Shown: one piece after another, positions 1 through 9,100 of the stretch
Position numbering within the stretch: the stretch's first letter is position 1
How the letters are laid out: each line of letters opens with the position of its first letter
Assembly: GCA_965200965.1 (NCBI GenBank)
Contig: OZ241744.1
Span: 320,001 to 384,000, forward strand
DNA: 64,000 nucleotides
Direction: 5' to 3'
From: an uncultured Candidatus Binatia bacterium
Lineage (GTDB): Bacteria; Desulfobacterota; Binatia; Bin18
Made by a program: the position numbers and the translations under genes
Notes under the pieces: generated by a model
Databases searched by the model: none
What the model was told of the DNA's origin: nothing
What the model saw: the letters and a program-made list of their open reading frames with translations, nothing else

Positions 1-319
1 GCAGGCGCTCCGCGGGGTCCATTGAGCCAAACGAGGCGTTATCAACATAGCCGCTGCCGGTCGGCTCGCGTTCGTAGCGGAAGCCGCCGAGTTGGTCCAT
101 CACGCCCAGGCTTGACGGGGCACCGCGGCGGACCATTTTGCACGGCTTGCCGTTGACTTCAAGGTATTCAAGGCCGCCGTCGTCCTTGCGGATGCGAACC
201 GCCCGGTCGCGGTAGTGCGCTTCCAGATATTTTTCCCACAGATCCGGGGCTTCCAGAATATGGCCGTCGGCGTCAACCGCCCCGGACATGGGCAAACTCG
301 GCAAGTGTGGAGGTGTCAT
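1..319 (-). CDS. Amidohydrolase family protein (amidohydrolase_2), 5' part only; runs off the window
   Basis: Manual translation from ATG 319: MTPPHLPSLPMSGAVDADGHILEAPDLWEKYL...; DADGH metal motif; RBS-like GGAGAGGG upstream; absent from ORF track because truncated. Confidence 0.8.
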   Translation of the reverse strand, partial: MTPPHLPSLPMSGAVDADGHILEAPDLWEKYLEAHYRDRAVRIRKDDGGLEYLEVNGKPCKMVRRGAPSSLGVMDQLGGFRYEREPTGSGYVDNASFGSMDPAERL

Positions 320-471
320 TGTCCCTCTCCTTTCGGCGCAAGCAGTAGCAGTACGATGAAAAGCATACCCCGGCCAACTTTTGAAGAGCCCCGGCCGGCC
401 AGGAAGGGCGGCCGGCCTGTTTCCCTCGGTCTGCGCCTTCGCTAGGATGGGCGGGAGAAGGAGAAGCGCTT

Positions 472-1650
472 ATGCCTGGACCGCTTGCTGGCTACCGTGT
501 CGTTGATGTGACGCAGATGTTGTCTGGCCCCATGTCAACCATGATCCTGGGCGATCAGGGGGCAGACGTGATTAAGGTTGAGCCGCCCGGGGGCGGGGAC
601 CTGACCCGCGCCTTTGGCAGCAAGGGCATCTCCCCTACCTTCACCATGATTAACCGCAACAAACGCTCGCTGGCCATAGACCTGAAGCACGAGCGGGGGG
701 TTGGGCTGCTCAAACAACTGGTGGCCGGGTCGGACGTTTTTGTCCAGAACTTCCGACCCGGGACAGTCGAGCGCATGGGCATCGGTGAACCCGCCCTGCG
801 CACGGTCAAGCCTGAGTTGATCTATGTCTCGATCAGCGGCTTTGGCGAGCTCGGCCCGTATACGCACAAGCGGGTGTATGATCCGGTGATTCAAGCCCTG
901 TCGGGCCTGACCGATATCCAACGCGACCCGGTGAGCGGCCGGCCCAAGATGATGCGCCTGGTCATTCCAGACAAGGTGACGGCGCTGACCGCGGCCCAGG
1001 CAATCACCGCCGCCCTGCTGGCCCGGGAGCGGACGGGCAAGGGCCAGCATGTGCGGCTGGCAATGCTGGACGCGGTGGTGTCCTTCCTGTGGCCGGAGGG
1101 CATGGCCGCCCACACCTTTGTGCGTGATGGCGGAGCGGCCCCACGACCGCCGGACACGCGCGACCTGATCTTTGAGACAGCCGACGGCTATATCACTGCC
1201 GGCGCAATGTCGGACAAGGAGTGGGCCGGCATGGTCCGGGCGCTGGACAAACCGGAGTGGCTTGAAGACGAGCGTTTTCGCACCCCGGCCAGCCGGATGA
1301 AGCACGCCGAGGCCCGGCTTGAAATGACCGCGGAGGTCATCAAAACGCGGACGACCGCCGAGTGGCTGGCCCGTCTCGATGCCGAGCAGGTGCCGTGCGC
1401 ACCAGCCCTCAGCCGCCGGGAAATGCTGAACAACGAGCAGCTCCTGGCCAACCGGCTGATCGTCGAGGCCGAGCACCCGCACGTTGGCCGCACCCGCATG
1501 ACCCGCCCCGCGGCCCGCTTTGAGGCAACGCCGGCCGAGCTGCGCCTGCCGGCCCCCATGCTGGGCGAGCACACTGAGCAGGTCCTAACCGAGCTGGGTC
1601 TGTCATCAGCCCAGATCACCGACCTGCGGACCACTGGCGTGTTCGGCTGA
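472..1650 (+). CDS. CaiB/BaiF family (class III) CoA-transferase
   Basis: GPLAGYRVVD, GADVIKVEPPGGGD, NRNKRS, QNFRPG, YDPVIQA, APMLGEHT motifs; AAGGAG RBS. Confidence 0.93.
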   Translation: MPGPLAGYRVVDVTQMLSGPMSTMILGDQGADVIKVEPPGGGDLTRAFGSKGISPTFTMINRNKRSLAIDLKHERGVGLLKQLVAGSDVFVQNFRPGTVERMGIGEPALRTVKPELIYVSISGFGELGPYTHKRVYDPVIQALSGLTDIQRDPVSGRPKMMRLVIPDKVTALTAAQAITAALLARERTGKGQHVRLAMLDAVVSFLWPEGMAAHTFVRDGGAAPRPPDTRDLIFETADGYITAGAMSDKEWAGMVRALDKPEWLEDERFRTPASRMKHAEARLEMTAEVIKTRTTAEWLARLDAEQVPCAPALSRREMLNNEQLLANRLIVEAEHPHVGRTRMTRPAARFEATPAELRLPAPMLGEHTEQVLTELGLSSAQITDLRTTGVFG

Positions 1651-1766
1651 GTTGACCGGCCACGACTGTGGCAGGATTTTCCCTCCTGGTGCCAAGCCCG
1701 GCTCTGACAGACAGGGGGCCCGGCCGCGGCTTGACCCCGGCGGAGTTTCTGAAACACTCCCCAGAC

Positions 1767-2486
1767 ATGGCTTCTCCGCTGATCGAACTGCGCCGCTTGA
1801 CCAAGGTGTACCAGGAGGGCGAGCGGTCCCATGCGGTCTTGCGTGAGGTCAACCTGACGCTTCGGGCTGGCGAGTTTGTCGTCCTGGTGGGGCGCAGCGG
1901 TTCGGGAAAATCAACCCTGCTGAATCTGATCAGCGGGATCGATAGGCCGACCTCGGGCGAGGTGGTGGTGTATCCCGGCCCGGCCGAGCGGAGGCCGTTG
2001 TCCCTGGCCCGGCTCAGCGAGCACCACCGCACCCTTTTCCGCCGGCAGCATATCGGCTTTGTCTTTCAGTTTTTTAATCTGCTGCCAACGCTCAGCATTC
2101 AAGAGAATATCCTGCTGCCCCTGGAACTGAACGGCTGGGACACGGCGCGGGCCGAACAGGCCTGCCTGGCCATGCTCGACCGGGTCGGTCTGGCCGACCG
2201 GGCGGACGATTTTTCCGATCGCCTGTCCGGCGGTGAGCAGCAGCGGGTGGCGATTGCCCGCGCCCTGGTGCATGAGCCGCTCTTGATTCTGGCCGATGAG
2301 CCGACCGGCAATCTGGATAGTGAGACCGGCCGCACGGTGCTGGATTTGCTCGACCGTCTGACCCGCCAGGCCGGCAAAACCCTGCTGATGGTAACCCATA
2401 GCCAGGAGGTCATCGGCATGGCCGACCGCATTTTCCGTATCCAGGACGGCCATCTCTCCGAACGACCGATGGGCGAGTTGCGATGA
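1767..2486 (+). CDS. ABC transporter ATP-binding protein (LolD/MacB-like)
   Basis: Walker [10 protein letters not shown], signature LSGGEQQRV, Walker [12 protein letters not shown]; ATG 1767 preferred over ORF-track start 1668. Confidence 0.92.
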   Translation: MASPLIELRRLTKVYQEGERSHAVLREVNLTLRAGEFVVLVGRSGSGKSTLLNLISGIDRPTSGEVVVYPGPAERRPLSLARLSEHHRTLFRRQHIGFVFQFFNLLPTLSIQENILLPLELNGWDTARAEQACLAMLDRVGLADRADDFSDRLSGGEQQRVAIARALVHEPLLILADEPTGNLDSETGRTVLDLLDRLTRQAGKTLLMVTHSQEVIGMADRIFRIQDGHLSERPMGELR

Positions 2487-5065
2487 GCCGTGTCCTGTGG
2501 CGGGCCAGCCGGCGCTATCTGCTCCACCATCGGTGGCAAATGGGCCTGTCTTTTGTGGGGGTGGCCCTTGGCGTGGCGGTTGTGGTGGCCATTGACTTGG
2601 CCAACAGCAGCGCCGAGCGCGCCTTTTTCCTGCTAACCGAAAGTGTGGTAGGCCGGGCTACGCATCAGATTGTTGGCGGCTCGAGCGGGATTGCCGAGGA
2701 GATTTTTCGCGCTGTGCGGGTTGAGGCCGGCGTCCGGCTGGCGGCTCCGGTGGTGGAGGGCGATGTGGCCGCACCCGACTATCCGGGCCGGACCTTTCGG
2801 GTGTTTGGCGTTGACCCGTTTGCCGAAGCTCCGTTTCGGCCCTACTTGGCGCAGCTGAATGCCCAGACTGCCCTGGTGTCCTTTTTGACCCGACCGGCAA
2901 CCGCCATCATGTCGTATGAGACGGGCCGTCAGCTTGGTCTGAGCTTGGCCACCGGCCAAGACGGCGCGCAGGCCGAGCGGGGCAACTCCCTCACCGTTCG
3001 GGCCGGCGGCGTCCGGCATCGACTCAGCATTATCGCCCTGCTGGAGCCGGCCGATGAGCTGAGCCGCCGGGCGCTGAACAGCCTGCTAGTGGTCGATGTG
3101 GCGACCGCCCAGGAGCTGCTGGGCATGACCGGGCGTTTGAGCCGGATTGATCTGATTATTCCGGGTGGGCCGGTCGGCCAGGCCGAGTTGGACAACATTC
3201 GGTCGGTGCTGCCGCCCGGTGCCGAGGTCCGCAGCGCGGCCGCCCGTTCGCAGTCAGTGGCCCAAATGACCCGCGCCTTCAGTCTGAATCTGAGCGCGCT
3301 GAGTTTATTAGCCCTCATTGTCGGTATGTTCCTGATCTATAACACCATGACCTTTTCGGTTGTCCAGCGTCGCCAGCTCATTGGAACCCTGCGCGTTGTC
3401 GGCGTCACCCGCCCGGAAATTTTTCGCCTGATTGTGGCCGAAGCCGGTCTGCTCGGTCTGCTCGGGACTGCCGCCGGACTCGCCTTGGGGGTTGTGCTGG
3501 CCGAGGCGCTGGTCCGGTTGGTGACCCGGACGATTACCGACCTGTACTTTGTCCTGAGCGTGCGCGAGCTGACGATCAGCGGACTGGGCTTGCTCAAAGG
3601 GCTGGGTTTGGGCCTCGGGGCCAGCCTCGTAGCTGCCCTGGCCCCGGCGGTGGAGGCCACGGCTACCCAGCCGCGGGCGGTGCTGAACCGCTCGACCCTT
3701 GAAGCCCGGTCGCAACGGGCCGTCCCCCGGGCGGCTGTGGCCGGCGTGGGCCTGATGCTGCTCGGGGCAGGTATCCTGCTGCTGCCCAGCCGCGATCTGA
3801 TCCTGAGCTTTGCCGGCCTGTTTGCGCTTTTCCTGGGCTGTGTCCTGGTCACGCCAGCGGCCGTGGTTGGCGTGTTGCGGGCCGGCCTGCTGTTGCTCGG
3901 GACGCGGGCGGATATTGTCGGACGCCTGTGTATGCGCGGTGTGCTGGCCTCGCTGAGCCGGACCGCGGTAGCGATTGCCGCCCTTATGGTCGCCGTGTCG
4001 GTGACGGTTGGGGTGGGCATCATGATTGAGAGTTTTCGGCAGACGGTGGCCTACTGGCTGGAAAACGCCCTTCAGGCCGACATCTATATTGCTCCTCCCA
4101 GCTTGGTGTCGCGCTGGAATGAGGGCCGGCTGGACCCGGCCCTTGTCGCCCGTCTGTCGTCCGCCCCGGGGGTTGAGGCGGTGCGTGTCTATCGGCGCGT
4201 GTCGGTGGAATCGCCAAGCGGCCGGGTCCAACTGGTCGCTCTCCAACTCGAGAGCGGCCGGCAGACCACATACCGCTTCATTGAGGGCCGGCCGGAGCTG
4301 GTATGGCCCGCCTTTGAGGCAGAGCAAACGGTCATCATATCAGAGCCATACGCCTACCATCACCGGCTGCGGCTGGGCGAGCAGGTCCGCCTGCGGACCG
4401 ACCGGGGGCTGAAAGATTTTCGGGTTGTCGGAATTTTTGCCGATTATGGTTCGGACCGGGGGCTGGTGATGATGAGCCGGCGGACCTATGAGCGGTTTTG
4501 GCACGACCGTGGCGTATCGTCGCTGGGGCTGTGGCTGGGTCCTGGACGGGATGTGGCGGCAATGGTCGCGTCGCTGCGGCGGCTGGTCGGCTCTGAGCAG
4601 GAGGTCGTGATCCGCTCGAATCGGGACTTGCGGCACGCCTCGCTGGAGATTTTTGACCGGACCTTTGCCATTACCTCGGTGCTTCATCTGCTGACAACCG
4701 CGGTGGCCTTTATCGGCGTGCTGAGCGCCCTGATGGCCCTCCAGCTGGAGCGCGAGCGCGAACTCGGCGTGCTGCGGGCGACCGGCTTTACGCCGCGTCA
4801 GGTGTGGGGCCTGGTTACGGCCCAGACCGGCGTGATGGGCCTGTTGGCCGGGCTGTTGGCCCTGCCGGTTGGCCTGATGCTCGCCTCGGTTCTGGTGTTT
4901 GTGATCAACCGGCGCTCGTTTGGCTGGACGCTGGAGTTGGAGATTGCCCCCGGCCTGTTTATCGAGGCGGTGGTCCTGGCCGTGGTGGCTGCGCTGCTGG
5001 CCGGGGTCTATCCGGCCTTCAGGATGGCCCGGACCCCACCCGTGCTGGCCTTGCGAGAGGAGTAG
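2483..5065 (+). CDS. Double FtsX/MacB-type ABC permease (AttF/G-like)
   Basis: 860 aa; two periplasmic + FtsX TM repeats ([24 protein letters not shown]); ATGA overlap with the ATPase gene. Confidence 0.88.
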   Translation: MSRVLWRASRRYLLHHRWQMGLSFVGVALGVAVVVAIDLANSSAERAFFLLTESVVGRATHQIVGGSSGIAEEIFRAVRVEAGVRLAAPVVEGDVAAPDYPGRTFRVFGVDPFAEAPFRPYLAQLNAQTALVSFLTRPATAIMSYETGRQLGLSLATGQDGAQAERGNSLTVRAGGVRHRLSIIALLEPADELSRRALNSLLVVDVATAQELLGMTGRLSRIDLIIPGGPVGQAELDNIRSVLPPGAEVRSAAARSQSVAQMTRAFSLNLSALSLLALIVGMFLIYNTMTFSVVQRRQLIGTLRVVGVTRPEIFRLIVAEAGLLGLLGTAAGLALGVVLAEALVRLVTRTITDLYFVLSVRELTISGLGLLKGLGLGLGASLVAALAPAVEATATQPRAVLNRSTLEARSQRAVPRAAVAGVGLMLLGAGILLLPSRDLILSFAGLFALFLGCVLVTPAAVVGVLRAGLLLLGTRADIVGRLCMRGVLASLSRTAVAIAALMVAVSVTVGVGIMIESFRQTVAYWLENALQADIYIAPPSLVSRWNEGRLDPALVARLSSAPGVEAVRVYRRVSVESPSGRVQLVALQLESGRQTTYRFIEGRPELVWPAFEAEQTVIISEPYAYHHRLRLGEQVRLRTDRGLKDFRVVGIFADYGSDRGLVMMSRRTYERFWHDRGVSSLGLWLGPGRDVAAMVASLRRLVGSEQEVVIRSNRDLRHASLEIFDRTFAITSVLHLLTTAVAFIGVLSALMALQLERERELGVLRATGFTPRQVWGLVTAQTGVMGLLAGLLALPVGLMLASVLVFVINRRSFGWTLELEIAPGLFIEAVVLAVVAALLAGVYPAFRMARTPPVLALREE

Positions 5066-5082
5066 AGCAGGGAGGGAGAGGC

Positions 5083-5595
5083 ATGGGCAAACGGGCTGTG
5101 CCTACGGTGTTTTTCTTTATCGAAAACCTTGGGGCTGGGATCTGGGTCGGTGCCCTGGCGGGATTTGGTTTTGCGGTGGCCGGCAGCGTCTTTGAGGAGG
5201 CACCGAGTATCACCGTGGCCGGGCATATCAACGCCGTCATTCTGGCCAGGCTCAACCGCCTGGAGGGCATGGCCGCGGCCTGCATGGGGCTTGGCACGCT
5301 GTACTTTGTGTTGCACACGGCAGAGCGCAGCCGGCTGCGGCTGGCCAAGGCCGGGCTGTGGCTGGTGATGCTGGCCGGGTTGCTGATATACGCCGGCCCG
5401 ATTGCCGACCGGCTGGAATATCTGCGAACGGTTGAGATCCAGGATTTTGATCACATTGACCCGGCCAAACAGGTCTTTCGTGCGGAGTTCGCCCGCCTGC
5501 ACGACTGGTACAGCCGGCTGGTCAAAGCCAACCTGGCGCTCGGGCTGGGTTTTGTCTTCCTGTCGGCGTGCGAGAGACGGGCGGCCAAGGACTGA
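5083..5595 (+). CDS. DUF4149/TMEM205-like membrane protein
   Basis: ATG 5083 after GGAGGGAG; four hydrophobic segments; GIWVGA... and FARLHDWY..L pattern typical of DUF4149. Confidence 0.7.
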   Translation: MGKRAVPTVFFFIENLGAGIWVGALAGFGFAVAGSVFEEAPSITVAGHINAVILARLNRLEGMAAACMGLGTLYFVLHTAERSRLRLAKAGLWLVMLAGLLIYAGPIADRLEYLRTVEIQDFDHIDPAKQVFRAEFARLHDWYSRLVKANLALGLGFVFLSACERRAAKD

Positions 5596-5599
5596 GGCG

Positions 5600-5725
5600 G
5601 CGCGCTCGGAAGTCATCAACACGCTGAAAGCGCAGGAAGCGTTCAGCGGTTTCCTGTGGCCGCTCCATCATCGGGATATGGCCGGTGCGGGGCATGACCA
5701 CCGCTTCGGCGTTCGGCATCAGGGT
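5600..5725 (-). pseudogene. C-terminal fragment of an alpha/beta hydrolase
   Basis: LMPNAEAVVMPRTGHIPMMERPQETAERFLRF: catalytic-His segment (GHxPxxExP) with no upstream body; boundaries approximate. Confidence 0.65.
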
Positions 5726-6058
5726 AAGTGGAAGGGCATTGGCCTGTATGTGAACTGCGTGGGCCGGGGCAAGGGCCTGTAGGGCTTTGCCGACCTTGAT
5801 TCCTCGTATATTGCTCAGTATGCTGGCGATGTGCCGATTGGCAGAGATGAGTTCATTCAGAAAATCGCCAAGGGCATGGACCTGCCCGTTGCCCTGCTCG
5901 AACGGCTGACCGCGCCGCGCGCCCCGGGCGATACGCAAGACGGCGGCTGGCGGCTGTCGCGTATGCCGCGCATGGATGAAATTGAGGAGTTTCACCTTGA
6001 AGCGCGCTTTGCCTCCGCCGGTTGGCGCACCGCCCTGCGCTCGTTCATTGAGGACTGA
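5723..6058 (+). pseudogene. Chimeric remnant: FIST-C-like fragment with internal TAG, joined to an unrelated C-terminal fragment
   Basis: One frame reads GKWKGIGLYVNCVGRGKGL*GFADLDSSYIAQYAGDVPIG (FIST_C-like CxGRG...D...GDVP), then RDEFIQKIAKGMDLP...RSFIED*; TAG at 5780-5782. Confidence 0.5.
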
Positions 6059-6104
6059 GGGCAGGGCGAGAGAACTCCAGGCGAGAATCCTCCCCGGGGT
6101 GTCC

Positions 6105-9100
6105 TCAGGGCAAGAGGCCAACCGGAGAGGGCCTGCTTTTCCCCTCGCAGAAATACAGTGCCTTGAAGCTGTCCATTTGCTTGATCTTGTCTATCAAGCT
6201 CTTTTCCAGTTGCGAACTGGCAACATTCCTGACCAGCGCTTTGGCGTCTGTCCCGGTCAGCCGCAGGACGAGGTAGTTCGCAATGGCAGAGAACAGAGAT
6301 GTATTGAAGTCTTTCGCCTCCTGCGAAGCGAGTACGAGCGAGACGCCGTACTTGCGGCATTCCTTTGCCATAGTGGGGATAAGATTCAATCGTGAAGCCC
6401 GATGCGCTTCGTCAAATATCACGGCATGTGTGATCCGCTCCTGAATGCCTCTGCGGAACATGTCCTTGTAAAGACTATAGAAGACGAGGGACGCAAAAGC
6501 CCTCTGTAGGTTGTCATTCTGTGTGGGGTGAATACGAATAACGACCGGCCGTTCGCTCTCCCACAGGCTCTCGTGGGATTCCTGGATATCGAAGAACCCG
6601 TAGTCTTCAAGTTCCTCCAGACGCGCAAGCAAGGTGTGCAACCCCTTGTCCGGCTTTGGGTGGCTCCGTAAAATCTCCATGAAGCGCTTGAACTCTGGTT
6701 CGCGCCTGTCTGCCGGAACTGTGTCCGGGTCATCCCATCCGGCTTCATCGAAGCTGTCTTTGATAGCCTTTCGGATGCGTTCTCCCTGGATGTCTCCCAA
6801 CTCGGGGAAAATCGCCATGAAGATGTCTCGTAATGCCCCGGCTACATCGAGGTAGGCCATCCGGGATTCCCGCCCCAGAACCTGTAATGGGTTGAACCCC
6901 AAGCCGTGGAAGTCAATGAAGCGCACCGATCCAACCAGGCGTTCAAGCCTCTCGTCGATATCCTGGTGATAGGAGAAGACAATCGGTCGAATACCGGCCG
7001 CAACCATCTGCTTGCACAGGTTCAGAAGACAGGTGGTCTTCCCCATTCCCGGCAGGCCGGCAACCAGGAGATGCGGATTCCCCTGCACGGTGAGCGGCCA
7101 TCGGACCTCGGCGTTTGTGAAGATGTCCGTGCCTAAACAGACCGAAGGCGTCTCATCAGACCTTTCCAGTTTTCCAGCAGACGTATCACCGGGAGCGCTT
7201 GCGACCCGTACTGTGACATCCAGGCCGCCGCCCGGCCCTTGATCCTCATGTTCCGGGGGTACTGAAGGTCCTCCCATTCCCTGTTCGCTGTCGTCAGAGG
7301 GACGGGCGACTGAATTGCGACGGAAATCCGCATCGGACAGAAGCCCGGAACCAACCAGAAATATCCGCATATCCCATCCCGTCGGCGAAATCTCCAGCGG
7401 ATGGTGGCCGGTGTATTCAGGGCAGAAGACCCACCCACAGTCACTCCCTCCCACCTCCGCAAAGGCGTAGTCCCCTCCCTTTTCAATCATTCGATCGATC
7501 TCGGAGACAATGGCTTCATGCCGATCGTTCGACAGGGCATGCCGGTGCGCTTTGTCAGCGTAGAAGCGTAACACACGGGCCAGCTTGGCGCGTCGGATTG
7601 CCCTGAAAGACGCACAATCTCCCTCGTGACCGTACCAGTCGTCCCAACGCTTCCGAAGAGATTCCACTTGCTTGCGAATGCTGTAGAGCAATTCCGGCGT
7701 TCGCGCAGCCCGGAGATGCCGACGATATTTCACCTCTATGAACTGGAAACGCAGCCCTTTTCGGGGAGCCATTGACACATAGATGAGGTCGGGGCGTGAC
7801 TCCTTTTCCTCCTCATTGCCTGCTTGTCTGTTCAGGGGAGGGAGCAGATCCCGAACATCGTCAACGGGAATGATGAAGCCATGCTGGAGCGATACCCAGC
7901 AATCGTCATGCCCCGAAGTCTGACTGCAATTGGCGTGGCAGACCGCGAGCGCGATGAGTTCCGAAGTTGGCGGTTTCTGGCCGGTGAGACGAATAGCCAA
8001 GCGTCCACTGAGCGCCTTGAGGTGTTCCATGAGGAAGGCTGCGTTTCGCCGACTGCGGCTCAGCCCCATCTGGTCAAGGGCCTCATCAAGCAGGCTGCGA
8101 ATCTCTCGCAGGTTGCTGGTTGAGGTGATCAACTGGAGGCAGCCCAGGTCTTCGCGTTCTGGAACACAATCAATAACATAGGCGTCATAGATGTCCTTAT
8201 TGTCCCGGGGCGAATCAAAGTATTCGATGCCGGCATTCCGGTCCAGGGTGATGACCCAGTCGCACCGCCGGTGGAGATCTCGAAGGCTGTCCGCTTTGTC
8301 GGGCGAGATTTCCGTTGTCAATACTGGTGATTGCGCTGGGCTGCCGATGTTTCGAGTAACCGCCTTCTGTAAAGCCTGCTGCAAGCGCATCAAGCGGTCA
8401 GTGTGCGCCCGGTCTGACGGATGTTTCTCTCCATCTTTTGAGGCTGGAATGGCGCTATGCCAGAGGGGGGACGGTGTGCTTGCGTAAGCCCTTTCGAAGA
8501 AAGAGAGCAGGCCGAACGCATACAATGATCTGGGCCTTGGCAGCGGACCTTGGGGCATGACGCGAGACTCAAACGTGTCGAACGCAACGGCGAGATGAGC
8601 CGCCGTCTCGGGGGCCGGTTCGCTCTTGCGCGCCCAGCGCAGTTTGGGCAGGTTGACCCCACCCGGGAAGCTCAACGATTCCAGCATCCAGGAGTCATCT
8701 TGAGACAACACGCCCGCGCCTCTGCGACGTTTCTCCCGTGCCTCCGCTATGAAGCGCCCTGCAATCCCACGCTGCTCCTGTGAGGGGTATAACTCCAAGA
8801 CAAAAGCGGGCGTTGTCTCCTGCGTGTCCTCATCCGAATCTTCATCGTCCGGGGCGCTACGGTAACGCTCGTGAACACGGCCGAGCGAGCGGGCCACCGT
8901 AGCGCCATCGCCGGCCCTGAACGCGTTAATCTGAAGCGGTCCCAACGCATTGTGGCATTCCAGATACTTGACGATCTCGTTCCCCAAGACCGTAGCGCTC
9001 TGCCTGCCTGCCGTTGGCGCTGTGTCCGCGGTTTCGCTCTCGCCCAGAGCACGGGCGAGAATCGCTATCGCGGCCTTCGGCTCCTTGTCGTCATCGGGAA

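Noticed and set aside
5588-6060. 10-bp direct repeat AGGACTGAGG at 5588-5597 and 6051-6060 as a target-site duplication
   Set aside because: Both copies are gene ends (xD-stop), a similar word ends the 604-aa gene, and no mobile element lies between them; probably chance.
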